Position numbers and translations under genes: made by a program. A DNA stretch of 64,000 nucleotides from Acidobacteriota bacterium (GTDB taxonomy: Bacteria > Acidobacteriota > UBA6911 > RPQK01 > JAJDTT01), in assembly GCA_965231825.1 (NCBI GenBank), contig OZ246889.1:4601762-4665761 (forward strand). The letters run 5' to 3'. Below, in pieces: positions 1 to 9,903 of the stretch (its first letter is position 1; every line of letters begins with the position of its first letter). The notes beneath the pieces are model-generated. The model was given only the letters and a program-made list of their open reading frames with translations. It was not told where the DNA came from and did no database searches.

Positions 1-922
1 TTGGACGGTAGCCGTGGCGACGCCGGATGAGATCCGGGACGTGGTTCGGCGACAGGCCGCGGCGGGTGCCGACATGATCAAGCTGTACTGGGACGTGACC
101 CCGGAGCAGATGGCCGCTGCCATCGAAGAGGCCCACAAGCTCGGTCTGAAGGTCGCCGGCCACCTCCATGCAACGAGTTGGACCCAGGCGGCACGGCTGG
201 GCATCGATGCCCTGCTCCACAGCGGCGCAGAAGGGCCGACCTGGGAGCTGGTCCCCGAAAAACACCGGGCCGAACTGCGGGCACTGCCTTACCGGGATTT
301 CTACGCCCGTTGGATCGAGTTGGTGGAGCTTGACGGCGAGCTGATGAGCTCCTTGATTGCTGCCCTCGTTACCAACAACGTGACCGTCGACCCGACTCTG
401 GTCGCGATGGAAAGCCTCCACTTCGGCGACGACCCGAAGGTTCTCGAAAGGCTCGAGCCTCAGCGGGCTCCACCCGCGGTCGTCTCCCTTTGGGGTCCGG
501 ACTGGCAGCAGCGAAACCCGTTCGTCTTCACCAACCCCATGGGAGTCGCCCGGGACCTCACGTCCGGCAAGGGCGTGTTTCCCGTCGCACTCGAGATCGT
601 GCGGAGGCTTCATGAGGGGGGAGTGAGGCTGACCGCAGGGAGCGACGTGGGAATGCCCTGGATCACGCCGGGCGTGAGCCTGCATCGGGAGCTGGAGCTT
701 CTGGTTCAGGCCGGCATCGACGAGGCTGACGTGATCATCATGGCGACTCGGAACGGCGCCGAGGGCCTGGGCCTGGAGGATCAACTCGGAACCGTCGAAG
801 CCGGGAAGCTGGCCGACCTGATCGTGCTCTCGGCGGACCCACTGGCGGACATCCGCAACACCCGCTCGCTGACCACCGTCTACAAGGCCGGAGAACTCGT
901 GTATCAGGCCACGCCGCCTTGA
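1..922 (+). CDS. Amidohydrolase family protein (5' end outside window)
   Basis: Motifs GADMIK, AHKLGLKVAGH, LTAGSD, GTVEAGKLADLIVL typical of the amidohydrolase superfamily. Confidence 0.85.
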   Translation, partial: WTVAVATPDEIRDVVRRQAAAGADMIKLYWDVTPEQMAAAIEEAHKLGLKVAGHLHATSWTQAARLGIDALLHSGAEGPTWELVPEKHRAELRALPYRDFYARWIELVELDGELMSSLIAALVTNNVTVDPTLVAMESLHFGDDPKVLERLEPQRAPPAVVSLWGPDWQQRNPFVFTNPMGVARDLTSGKGVFPVALEIVRRLHEGGVRLTAGSDVGMPWITPGVSLHRELELLVQAGIDEADVIIMATRNGAEGLGLEDQLGTVEAGKLADLIVLSADPLADIRNTRSLTTVYKAGELVYQATPP

Positions 923-935
923 AACGGGCGAGGAA

Positions 936-1056
936 GGGAGCGGCGGTTTCCTAACCGCCGGCTTCCGGAGTGTCCGTGAACGAGCGCGTATCGTGGGCGA
1001 CGGGTAAGCGCCCCTCCTTGTTTCTTAGAGGGGGACAGGAACGTCCCCCCTCCTAC
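936..1056. repeat. Cluster of REP-like palindromes between convergent genes
   Basis: CGGCGGTTTCCTAACCGCCG (similar copy at 60431-60455) and AGGGGGACAGGAACGTCCCCCCTCCTAC (similar copy at 54283-54310). Confidence 0.65.
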
Positions 1057-2027
1057 CGGGCGGCCAACTTCGCAATCGGGATTCGCAGGAAGAACAGTCC
1101 CGGTCCTCCCTCCTGATCCTTGTCGATGTCGTAAAAGACCACACCGATTGTCCTATCGTCGAGTTGCACGGTTCGGGGACAGGCCCGTCCGTTGATCGCC
1201 CGGCCCGGGTTGTAGTACTCGAACATGCCATCCCATGTCTGCCCGTCGTCGTATGAGATGCGATAGCGGATGCGCTCCCCGCCAAAGCCGGGTCCGAGAA
1301 TCTCCGAGGCCAGCAGCCAGCCGTTTTTCAGACCGACCATTTCATGCCGCCAGCCCTGCGTGCTGATGTCCGGAAAGCCGTCGATGGTCTTCCACGTCTT
1401 GCCGTTGTCCGTTGATCGGAGGCCGGCACCGCTGACGAACGTGCCTCGCGGCGTCTGCACGATCGGGATCAACCCGTGATCGCGGCCATCGCCGAACGGT
1501 GTTGCCTTGGAAGTGGCCGGATCAAACACAAACGTCCGGTCGATCAACGACGTGAGCCATTGCCCTGACTTCAGTTCGGTAACGGGGTGTCTGATGACGG
1601 ATCTGACTTCGGGATCACGCGGGAATGGCTGCGGGTCGCTCCACGAGACTCCTTCGTCACTCGACAGGGAGTACAAGACGGACCGTGGTTCTTTCTGAGT
1701 GACCGGCGTATCCCAGCGGTTCCAGCAGTGCAACAGACGGCCGTCGCTCAGCGTCGTCAGCGAGCCGGGGTAATAGGTCTTCTCGACGGTATGGACAAAG
1801 GGAACAGGTTCGGACCATGTCATTCCTCCGTCCGAGGATCGAGTGACGCGCAGGTCGACGTGATTCACTCGCCCGTACGTCACGACGATGGTCCCCGAGC
1901 GGGTGACGCAGGCCGCCGGGTGAATGTGCCCGTCGACCGGGACGGCAATCCGGACCGGTTTCAGTTGATGGTCGCTGGCGACGACCGTTGACACGGCGAA
2001 AAAACACAGCACGGCGAGTCGGTTCAT
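1053..2027 (-). CDS. Secreted BNR/Asp-box (sialidase-like) beta-propeller protein
   Basis: Repeated SxDxGxTW Asp-boxes; signal peptide MNRLAVLCFF; GGAGG RBS supports ATG at 2027. Confidence 0.8.
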   Translation of the reverse strand: MNRLAVLCFFAVSTVVASDHQLKPVRIAVPVDGHIHPAACVTRSGTIVVTYGRVNHVDLRVTRSSDGGMTWSEPVPFVHTVEKTYYPGSLTTLSDGRLLHCWNRWDTPVTQKEPRSVLYSLSSDEGVSWSDPQPFPRDPEVRSVIRHPVTELKSGQWLTSLIDRTFVFDPATSKATPFGDGRDHGLIPIVQTPRGTFVSGAGLRSTDNGKTWKTIDGFPDISTQGWRHEMVGLKNGWLLASEILGPGFGGERIRYRISYDDGQTWDGMFEYYNPGRAINGRACPRTVQLDDRTIGVVFYDIDKDQEGGPGLFFLRIPIAKLAAR

Positions 2028-2132
2028 CAGATGCCTCCAAGTGTTGAACGCGGGATCCTGTGCAAGAAGAGTAACCCAGACGCGATGAAATATGGAGTCG
2101 GAACAGGTTTCCGGCTTGGGGAACGGGTATGC

Positions 2133-2174
2133 GGAAAAGAGGACAGTCACCTTCTCTACCGTCACCCTCTCTAC
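2133..2174 (-). repeat. GTAG-tagged hairpin (partly duplicated) at the higB 5' junction
   Basis: Minus strand GTAGAGAGGGTGACG-GTAGAGAAGGTGACTGTCCTCTTTTCC; same family as 3541-3585 and 28268-28299. Confidence 0.7.
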
Positions 2175-2411
2175 GAATCGGAAACCAACCGCCGGTTCGC
2201 AACTATTTCGCGAGTCGCGCTGCGAAAATTGATCCAGATGAATCAGGCCTGTGAACTACGGGATCTTGCCATCCCGCCCGGCAACCGGCTTGAAGCTCTC
2301 AAGGGTCGCCTTTCTGGCCTCTTTTCCATTCGAGTCAACAACCGGTGGCGCATTGTCTTCAGGTGGACTGATGCCGGACCAGCACAGGTGGCGATCATAG
2401 ATTATCACTGA
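2170..2411 (+). pseudogene. higB: HigB (RelE-like) toxin with native N-terminus apparently replaced
   Basis: ALRKL..LRDLAIPPGNRLEALKG..FSIRVNNRWRIVFRW..IIDYH; the usual MIxSF start is absent and the upstream frame runs through the hairpin. Confidence 0.7.
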
Positions 2412-2443
2412 CGTATGATCCTATGACGTTATAGGATATAGCC

Positions 2444-2788
2444 ATGAAAGAACCCATCACTCCCGGTGAGATCTTGCTCGAGGAATACCTTAAACCGATG
2501 GGGATTTCACAGAATGCTATGGCCCGCGCCATCGGTGTCTCCCCAAGGGCGATCAACGAAATCGTCCTTGGCCGACGGTCGATCACTCCGCCCATGTCGA
2601 TTCGTTTTGGCGCCTTCTTCGGTCAGTCGGACCAGTTCTGGCATGGCATTCAGGTCGAGTGCGACTTTCGCAAGCTGGCGGGGGACAGGAATCGACTGAT
2701 CGGCGACATTCAAACGGCTGCGGCCTTGGCAGCCCCTGGCAAGAACCGCCGCGGCACTCGACCTGCACTGCGTTCTGGTAAACGGTAA
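2444..2788 (+). CDS. higA: HigA antitoxin (Xre-HTH)
   Basis: [32 protein letters not shown]; follows higB. Confidence 0.9.
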   Translation: MKEPITPGEILLEEYLKPMGISQNAMARAIGVSPRAINEIVLGRRSITPPMSIRFGAFFGQSDQFWHGIQVECDFRKLAGDRNRLIGDIQTAAALAAPGKNRRGTRPALRSGKR

Positions 2789-2792
2789 CGAT

Positions 2793-2821
2793 GGGGAGAA
2801 GGGGAAAGCCACCTTCTCTAC
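2793..2821 (-). repeat. GTAG-tagged hairpin just after higA
   Basis: Minus strand GTAGAGAAGGTGGCTTTCCCCTTCTCCCC. Confidence 0.65.
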
Positions 2822-2991
2822 TCCTTATTCTCATTAGGGATAGCGACGGTTCGTGCGCGGGTGTCTGGTAGTTTTCCACGGCGACCAGGCTGACCTCGTT
2901 TCTGCCACCCGATCCGGCCGGCCCCCAATAGTCCGACCCTGAGCCTGGATTTCTGGGTTCCACGACAACGCGGCTACCGCTCCAGTTCGGT

Positions 2992-3259
2992 CTAAATCCT
3001 CATTTGCAGGGCGACGCGTGCGGTCCGCGGGATGGCCGGATGGGTGTGCACATCGTCCACCCCCTCCAGCGGTTCTCCCTGGAGACGCGACGTATAGAAG
3101 TAGTCGATGTCCGACACCGGGGAGTTCAGGAGGTTGAACACCTCGAACGAGACGGTGACCCGCCGGTTGAAGCGGATGCCGAACTGGCCGCTCCACACGG
3201 TCGTCGAATCGGACCTGACGGAGCTGTCCTCGATCAAGGGCCGAGGACCAAAATGGCGC
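2992..3259 (-). pseudogene. Isolated 3' fragment of a TonB-dependent receptor (diverged copy of 3649-3916)
   Basis: RHFGPRPLIED...ALQMRI nearly identical to the adjacent receptor C-terminus; begins at the hairpin 3260-3283. Confidence 0.85.
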
Positions 3260-3291
3260 GGGAGAAGTGACTGTCCCTTTCCCGCCCCTAC
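3260..3291. repeat. Hairpin of the GACAGTC family at the TonB-fragment junction
   Basis: GGGAGAAGTGACTGTCCCTTTCCC followed by CTAC. Confidence 0.7.
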
Positions 3292-3540
3292 ATACAAACA
3301 TTGATCGTCTGACAGCAGTCCGTCGTGAATGCCTCACGTAGCACCGAGACCGGGGCTGCACCCGCCGGACAAGGCGCGACCAGGGAAAGCAACCCGAGAG
3401 AATTTGACCGAGGAGCAACGCGGTCCGCCGGGATTCAGATATGGTCGAGTGCAGTGACGACTTTTGACAAGGGCTGCTACGCTCCGTGCAGCTCGCTGCA
3501 GGATGGAGACCTGTAGCCGAGCGCCGATTCGCTCATGCCC

Positions 3541-3585
3541 GGAGAAGGGGACAGTCCCCTTCTCTACGACAGTCCCCTTCTCTAC
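3541..3585 (-). repeat. GTAG-tagged hairpin with tandem half-copy
   Basis: GAGAAGGGGACAGTCCCCTTCTCTAC then GACAGTCCCCTTCTCTAC. Confidence 0.8.
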
Positions 3586-3648
3586 TACTACCGCTGGGAA
3601 TGGATTCCTTGGTTCCGCGACAACGCGATGCAGCCGTCCCGGCTCGGT

Positions 3649-5985
3649 CTAGAACCTCATTTGCAGGGCAACCCGCACAGTGCGCGGGATGGAGGGATGG
3701 GTGTGCACATCGTCCACGCCCTCCAGCGGTTCTCCCTGGAGGCGCGACGTATAGAAGTAGTCGATGTCCGACACCGGGGAGTTGAGGAGGTTGAACACCT
3801 CGAACGAGACGGTGACACGCTGGTTGAGGCGGATGCCGAACTGACCGTTCCACACGGTCGTCGAATCGGACATCACGGAGTTGTCCTCGATCAAGGGCCG
3901 AGGTCCGAAATGGCGCACGCGAACGCTCCCGAACAGGCGCTTCACCGGCTCGAACGTGACGGCCCCGGAGAAAACGCGGTTGAGCGAACCTGGAATCCGC
4001 GGTCCGGCGGGGTCGTCGTCCGAGAAGCGCGCGGAGGTGAACGCGAGGTCGGCCTCGGCCGTCATCCAGGGTGTGAACCGAATATAGTTCGACCACTCGA
4101 CGCCGTAGCGGTGGCTTGGACGGCTGGCGGCCGTCACCCCCGCATCGCCCAGGAAGACCAGCTCCGAATCGAAGTCCAGGTACCAGACCGCCACCGTCGA
4201 ATGCAGCCCGTGCAGCCTCACCGTCCGCACGCCGATCTCGCCGCCGCGCGCCTTGACCAGCGGACGGAACCTCTGGGCCGGCTCCCCGGTGCGGGGGTCG
4301 ACCCGGATCGTTGCACAGCGCACGTCGTTGCTGTGGAAGCCCTCTCCCCAGTTGGCGTAGAACTCGGTCTGCTGCCACGGTCCCAGGATCGCCGTCAGCT
4401 TGGGGCTGACGATGGAATCCACGCCGGTGCCGGCGTTCAACGGATTGTTGGCGTCGACGGCGAACCGATAGACGTCGGCGCGAATCCCGACCGAGGTCCG
4501 GAAAAATGAAGTCCAATCGAGCACACCCTCGCCGAATAGGCCCAGCGACGTCTGGCGCAGCGCATCCTCACGCACCGTGTTGGTGCGGCGCTGCCGAACC
4601 GTGTCGTACAGACCGATGACACTGGCGTCGTCGTGGCGCAACTGGGTCCCGGCCTTCCATTCAATAGGCCGTCCAAGGAACTCCCGCAGGCGCCGGTGGA
4701 TGAGCTTGCCACCGGTCGAGGTGCGGCGGTCCACCTGCTCGAACTGGTCCCCGTCAATGGGATTGGACAGGAAATAGGTGAAGTTCTGGAGCAGGTTCAG
4801 TCCGTAACCCATGCCGAAGGCGGTGATTCGGGTCGAGGTCTCTCCGTTCGAGCGCAGGATGTCGGCGACGACGCCATGCCGGTAGCTCCGTCCGCCGCCG
4901 GTGGTATCGATGCCCGCGAACCGGTCGATCCGGCCGGATTCGATGGCCCGGACCGGCACCTGGTCCGTCGCGTGCCAATTCGCGGAATAGGTCAGGCCGG
5001 TGATGGAGAAGCCGTTTTGCCGGTCACCCCGGCTGTAGCGCAGGATGCCGTTCACCTTGCGCAGGTCGTCGGGCTCGACCCATGGACCGTCGTTCCTGCC
5101 AACTTCAACGCCGACGAGCAGGTTGCCGTCGCCCACATGAGGTGAAGCGGCGCCAAAGAAGCGGCTCCAGCCCTGGCCGCCGGTGCTGATGCTGGCCACC
5201 GGCTGCTCCAGCAGGTTCATGTAGCTGACGTTGGCCGAGCCGGCGGCGGCAAAGTCACCGTCTTCCGCGAAGTACGGCCCCTTTCTGAACTGGATGCCGC
5301 TTACCAGCTCGGGAATGATCATGTTGGAATCCGAGTAGCCGGACGCGTGGGCGCCGGACGGCATGTTCAGGGGCACTCCGGAGACGGTGGTCGCGAAATC
5401 CGTTCCGTGATCCAGGTTGAAACCGCGCAGGTAGTATTGGTTGGCCTTCCCCTCCCCGCTGTGCTGGCTGATGACGAGGCCCGGAACCGCCTCCAGCACT
5501 TCGCCCGGCCGCATGATGGGCCGCGCTTGGAGCTGAGCAGCGGTGATGGCGCCGACGCTGGCGGCGGAGGCGATCCCGACGAGGTTCTCCGCCGGCTTCG
5601 ATAGATCGGCGATGTTCCAGAAGGTGCGCTTGGCGGTTACTACGATGTCGGCGGTCAACGATAGGACCAGGACGACATCCACCGTCAAGACCTCGCCCTG
5701 GGCTACGGTCAGCTCACGGTGGGCGCTGGTGAAATTGATCAGCCGGAAATTCAGAGTGGCCGGTCCCGTGGGGACTTGGTCGATGCGCCACTTCCCCGTG
5801 TCGTCGGTGACGGTGGTGAGCTCAGCGCCATCGGCCTGGAGGTTGACGACGACACCGGCAAGGAGTTCCCCCGTTTCGTCGACGACGGTTCCCGTCAAGG
5901 CTCCTGTGGTCTCGGCGGAGGCGGCGCCGGCGCGCGCCAGGAAGAGGAGGAGGGCCAGGGAGGAGGTTCCATAGGAGATGACCAT
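3649..5985 (-). CDS. TonB-dependent outer-membrane receptor with N-terminal carboxypeptidase-regulatory-like domain
   Basis: Signal peptide; plug motif HSGEGKANQYYLRGFNLDHGTD; FNLLN; C-terminal Phe. Confidence 0.9.
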   Translation of the reverse strand: MVISYGTSSLALLLFLARAGAASAETTGALTGTVVDETGELLAGVVVNLQADGAELTTVTDDTGKWRIDQVPTGPATLNFRLINFTSAHRELTVAQGEVLTVDVVLVLSLTADIVVTAKRTFWNIADLSKPAENLVGIASAASVGAITAAQLQARPIMRPGEVLEAVPGLVISQHSGEGKANQYYLRGFNLDHGTDFATTVSGVPLNMPSGAHASGYSDSNMIIPELVSGIQFRKGPYFAEDGDFAAAGSANVSYMNLLEQPVASISTGGQGWSRFFGAASPHVGDGNLLVGVEVGRNDGPWVEPDDLRKVNGILRYSRGDRQNGFSITGLTYSANWHATDQVPVRAIESGRIDRFAGIDTTGGGRSYRHGVVADILRSNGETSTRITAFGMGYGLNLLQNFTYFLSNPIDGDQFEQVDRRTSTGGKLIHRRLREFLGRPIEWKAGTQLRHDDASVIGLYDTVRQRRTNTVREDALRQTSLGLFGEGVLDWTSFFRTSVGIRADVYRFAVDANNPLNAGTGVDSIVSPKLTAILGPWQQTEFYANWGEGFHSNDVRCATIRVDPRTGEPAQRFRPLVKARGGEIGVRTVRLHGLHSTVAVWYLDFDSELVFLGDAGVTAASRPSHRYGVEWSNYIRFTPWMTAEADLAFTSARFSDDDPAGPRIPGSLNRVFSGAVTFEPVKRLFGSVRVRHFGPRPLIEDNSVMSDSTTVWNGQFGIRLNQRVTVSFEVFNLLNSPVSDIDYFYTSRLQGEPLEGVDDVHTHPSIPRTVRVALQMRF

Positions 5986-6133
5986 ATATTCGTGATAACA
6001 AATCTTCTGCGGGGTCTGCGTCGGTGTTGGTTTGCGAACGAACGTGAATTCAGGCAGGGTCCGAACAGATTCGGCCCGTTGGAGATCCGGCAAGGAACGG
6101 AATCCGAGGGTTGCCAGACCATTTCAGGAAGTC

Positions 6134-6548
6134 TGCCCACGTTCCCTCATGCTCTACTTGATCCACATGGGGAATCATCCCGAGTTGAAGTATCGCGGGG
6201 GACAGAAGCCCATTGTTCATTTGAAAGCGGACCTTCGTCAGGCCGTTGCGTGGGCAGAGGACCACGGGCTGCGTTGGGCGTTCACACTTTCCAATGCAGG
6301 GTCTCATTACTGTCAAGACCGATGTGATCTGGCGGAATTGGGACAGATCGACTGGAGTGCGGTAGCGGTGAGAAACTGGCGAGGCTGTAAGGAAGAAAAG
6401 CAGGCGTGAATTTCTCATCGAGCGGCGATTCCCCTGGAAGCTGATCACACGCATTGGCGTTTACACAAGACAGGCCCGCCGCCAAGTCGCCAATCTTCTT
6501 GATTCAGCTATTCCGCCTGTCAGGGTCATGCGGGCTCGGTACAATTGA
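6134..6548 (+). pseudogene. darT: DarT DNA ADP-ribosyltransferase toxin, 5'-truncated and frameshifted
   Basis: CPRSLMLY..NHPELKYRGGQKPIVHL..SNAG..KQA then EFLIE..FPW..IGV in another frame (GCG-T-GAA at ~6407); directly upstream of darG. Confidence 0.85.
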
Positions 6549-6565
6549 TTGCGGAGGAGGAAGCC

Positions 6566-7606
6566 ATGATCGAGTACAAGATTGGCGATATCCTCACTGA
6601 AGACAGCGAAGCCTTGGTCAATGCCATCAACTGCGTCGGCGTTATGGGCCGTGGGATCGCATTGCAGTTCAAGCGTCGGTTTCCCGACAACTTCAAGGCA
6701 TACAGGACTGAATGCACGCGAGGCAGAATGAAGCCGGGATCCGTGTTCGTCTACGATACGGGCAAGATGCATCCACCCCGCTACATCATCAACTTTCCCA
6801 CCAAACGGCACTGGCGCGGCAAGAGCCGCATGGCAGACATCGAGTCTGGCTTGGCATCCCTGGCCGATGCAATCCGTTCGCACCGAATCCACTCAATCGC
6901 GATTCCTCCGCTCGGCAGTGGCTTGGGTGGTTTGGTCTGGTCGGAGGTGCGTGCGCGCATGCAATCAGTTCTGGGGGAACTGGATGACGTCAAGGTCGTC
7001 ATATTCGAGCCTGGAGACGGGCCCGCCGACACACGAGCCAATCGTTCGACCGACGTTCCTGCGATGACTCCGGGCCGGGCAACCCTGGTTAGATTGATGG
7101 ATACCTACCTGCGCGGCTGTTTGGATCCGTTTGTGACGCTGCTTGAGGTCCACAAGCTCATGTACTTCATGCAGAAAGCTGGCGAGAAATTGCGACTCAG
7201 GTATGCAAAAGGGCCCTACGGTCCCTATGCGGAAAATCTTCGGCACCTTCTACGCAAGATTAATGGACACTTCGTCTCCGGATATACCGCTGGGGATGAT
7301 ACGCCCGGTAAACACCTTGAACTGGTCGTCGGTGCAATTGAGGAAGCCGATCACTGCCTGGACGCGCACCCTGAAACGCTTCGGCGTCTCAACAAAGTCC
7401 AAAAACTAGTTGAAGGGTTCGAGTCGGCGTACGGGCTGGAGTTACTGGCCACAGTCCACTGGATCGTTACCCAGGAGAAGGCAAAGACTCTTCCTGATGT
7501 GGTTGACCACACCTACGCATGGAACGTTCGTAAGAAACAGTTCTCCCCGCGGCAAATCAAGATCGCCTACGAGACGCTTGCGGCCCAGGGGTGGGGGGTT
7601 CGTTAA
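6566..7606 (+). CDS. darG: DarG macrodomain antitoxin
   Basis: GDIL..ALVNAINCVGVMGRGIALQFK..INFPTKRHW..PPLGSGLGGL and C-terminal GFESAYGLELLATVHW; GGAGG RBS. Confidence 0.92.
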   Translation: MIEYKIGDILTEDSEALVNAINCVGVMGRGIALQFKRRFPDNFKAYRTECTRGRMKPGSVFVYDTGKMHPPRYIINFPTKRHWRGKSRMADIESGLASLADAIRSHRIHSIAIPPLGSGLGGLVWSEVRARMQSVLGELDDVKVVIFEPGDGPADTRANRSTDVPAMTPGRATLVRLMDTYLRGCLDPFVTLLEVHKLMYFMQKAGEKLRLRYAKGPYGPYAENLRHLLRKINGHFVSGYTAGDDTPGKHLELVVGAIEEADHCLDAHPETLRRLNKVQKLVEGFESAYGLELLATVHWIVTQEKAKTLPDVVDHTYAWNVRKKQFSPRQIKIAYETLAAQGWGVR

Positions 7607-7746
7607 TCCTTAGCGGCGCCACTTTCACTCGCGGTTAAACTGTCACCAATAATGCTGCGTACACGTAAATTATGAAGTAGTACCGCCCGACCGTGTGCGT
7701 GGTGATCCGAATCCAAGCTCCGATCTCGTTTCCCCTCCCTCAAACA

Positions 7747-8110
7747 CTATGGGTGAGGGCCTTTTTCCCGAATGACTCTCAAAGCAAGCTCGGGGTCGAT
7801 CTGGACGATCAACTCGGGCTCGCCCCGGACTCCCGCGGGCAGATCGAAACCCCCGACGGCACTGCGCGCGTGCCAGCCTGACAGAGATTGATCCCTGCCA
7901 TCTTCCGCAAACTGAGAGAGCGGTCCGCCGAAGACGTCATGAAAGACCTTGGAATACCCGTTGACGACCAGGTGCGAGAGGGTCAGGACCCCGCCGCCGG
8001 CCGAGTTGACCATGCCGAGACCTTTGACGCAGTAACAGACGTCGTTCAGCATCCCCAGAGGATGGAGGCCCCAGTGCAGAACCCGGATGTGTGCGATACC
8101 CGCCTGGTCG
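7747..8110 (-). pseudogene. RidA/YjgF-like protein, 3' fragment
   Basis: VKGLGMVNS..HLVVNG.S..F..VFG..HARSAVG..LP; no convincing N-terminus. Confidence 0.55.
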
Positions 8111-8186
8111 GTGCCAATTAGTGCTTGTGGGAGGCGGAGCGCTCGGTGGCCCCAAGCGCAAGTCACTGTCGCGACGGGCAAAGTAA

Positions 8187-8212
8187 TTTATGAGATACTT
8201 GTATCACGTAAA
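8187..8212. promoter_or_regulatory. Probable TA operator palindrome
   Basis: TTTATGAGATAC-TT-GTATCACGTAAA (10/12 inverted match) upstream of the antitoxin RBS. Confidence 0.55.
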
Positions 8213-8232
8213 CCATGCGAAGGAGGATCCCC

Positions 8233-8463
8233 ATGGCCCCTGTTTCTCTACGCTTGCCGGATGAAATCTCTCAACGCCTGCAACGGTTGGCCGACCTTAC
8301 AGGCCGTAGCAAGACCTTTTACATGATCGAGGCCATTCGGGAGCACTTGGCCGACCTTGAGGATTTATACCTTGCTGAGCAAAGGCTGATCGCCCTTCGA
8401 TCCGGGCAGTCTGGGACCGTGCCGCTGGAAGAAGTGATGCAGCGCTATGGGTTGGACGATTGA
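8233..8463 (+). CDS. RHH antitoxin (RelB-like)
   Basis: SLRLPDEISQRL..TGRSKTFY..EDLYLAE..PLEEV; AGGAGG RBS; overlaps toxin. Confidence 0.85.
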   Translation: MAPVSLRLPDEISQRLQRLADLTGRSKTFYMIEAIREHLADLEDLYLAEQRLIALRSGQSGTVPLEEVMQRYGLDD

Positions 8464-8716
8464 ACTGGATCGGGAGGCGGTCCGCGACTTGGCAAAGTTC
8501 GACCAGACCGTGGCACGGCGGATTCTTGCCTTTCTGCATGGTCGTGTTGCGGTTTTGGATAACCCGCGCCGCATCGGAAAGGCCCTCAAAGGATCCAAAA
8601 TGGGCGAGTTCTGGAGGTACCGGGTCGGTAATGTCCGCATCGTCGCGCACCTTGAGGACAACGTGCTACGTGTGTTGGTAGTGAGGATTGCCCGCCGGGA
8701 CAAGGTTTTCCGGTGA
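8447..8716 (+). CDS. relE: RelE/StbE-family toxin
   Basis: NPRRIGKALKG..FWRYRVG..RI..V.I..RDKVFR. Confidence 0.85.
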   Translation: MGWTIELDREAVRDLAKFDQTVARRILAFLHGRVAVLDNPRRIGKALKGSKMGEFWRYRVGNVRIVAHLEDNVLRVLVVRIARRDKVFR

Positions 8717-9102
8717 ACTGAGAAAGTCGTCCACCATTCATGGACTACACTGGGCGCACCCACCGGCAAGAGATCTGGGCCGAGAGTCCAAACCCATCAC
8801 CTACCAATTCCTCACTGCTTGCCTTTTCAGTCACGTTCTCTACCAATCCAGGCCGCATCCGCTACGAGCCTCTTATCCTTTAGCTCCAGACCTTCCAGCG
8901 GAGTCAACTCTAGCCGGTTCTGGGGGCTCTCACCCACCAGCGGCTTCCACAAGAGCGGCAAGTTTCGCGCCATGAACTCCGTCGAAGAGTGGGGTGCAAG
9001 CGACCACTGCCGCCTGCTGATCGAAGTCGCGGGCGAATTAAGAATTCCGCGAGAGTCGGGAGAGCCTAACCTCGGGAGAAGAAGACCGTCCCTTTCCTGG
9101 TC

Positions 9103-9450
9103 CTACGCATGAGGGCCACGCTCCCGGATGATTCTCAAGGCAAGCTCGGGGTCGATCTGAACGATCATCTCGGGCTCGGCCCGGACGATCTCTCCGGTGC
9201 CGAGCCGAACCCCGGACCAATCCGTTGACAGCAGCACGACGACACCGACTCGCCACCGGGCCAGATTCTGTTGGTGGGGCAGGCTCTGGTCGGTTTTCAC
9301 CAAGACGTCGTACGCCTCGCGCTCCGCGAGATCGGGCACCTCGCCGTTGCCCTTCTGGGACCAGCCCTTCTCCGCCAGCGTGTCCACGGAGTGCCCGTGC
9401 AGGTGTCTCAGCAACGGTGCGGGCGTGCCCTGATCGAAGAGCAGCTTCAA
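9103..9450 (-). pseudogene. DUF5615 PIN-like toxin, C-terminus replaced by a RidA-like tail
   Basis: LKLLFDQGTP..GWS..NGE..L..A...VLVKTDQ; last ~28 codons (9103-9186) match 7747-7830. Confidence 0.7.
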
Positions 9451-9674
9451 CGGGCCACCGCCGTTCTCAGCGCCTTCGCCTCGTGTTCGAGCACCGCACG
9501 GACTTGCCACTCATCGACGCCCGGAAACCACTCGACGAACTCGTCGATCGTCGCGCCGCTGGCAAGGTTCTCGTAGAGCACGAACAGTGGAATCCGTGTG
9601 CCCGAAAAGACCCAGGTCCCGCTCACCCTTCCCGGAACCCGCTCGACGGCCGGGCAGGTGTTCCAGTCCGTCAT
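9447..9674 (-). CDS. DUF433 antitoxin
   Basis: PGRVSGTWVFSGTRIP..L.ENLASGATIDEFVEWFP. Confidence 0.85.
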   Translation of the reverse strand: MTDWNTCPAVERVPGRVSGTWVFSGTRIPLFVLYENLASGATIDEFVEWFPGVDEWQVRAVLEHEAKALRTAVAR

Positions 9675-9903
9675 GGGATGTCCTCCTTCGCTATGTCGTG
9701 TTCGGTCGCATAATGCATGTTTGACTTCTCAGAAACGGAACGCCTCCCGGTACGTAGACGGTTGCTCCACCACGGAGTGTGCTTCCTGAACCGAACTTCG
9801 TGGCGAGATGACGCAACGCCGCCACCTCCCAATGCTCCGGCTCCTCCCCCTACAACTCAATGCCGGAGTCCCTGTCGGCCGGGACAGGACGTGAGGTTGG
9901 CGA

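Noticed and set aside
2992-3916. TonB 3' duplicate as a DGR template/variable repeat pair
   Set aside because: Differences are mostly at third codon positions and not adenine-specific; no reverse transcriptase in the window.
5983-6005. Zur/Fur-like box at the first TonB receptor start
   Set aside because: Only a half-site (TGTTAT) matches, too weak to call.
7650-7685. Left-hand dif-like partner site
   Set aside because: Lacks the 11-6-11 inverted symmetry seen at 49320.
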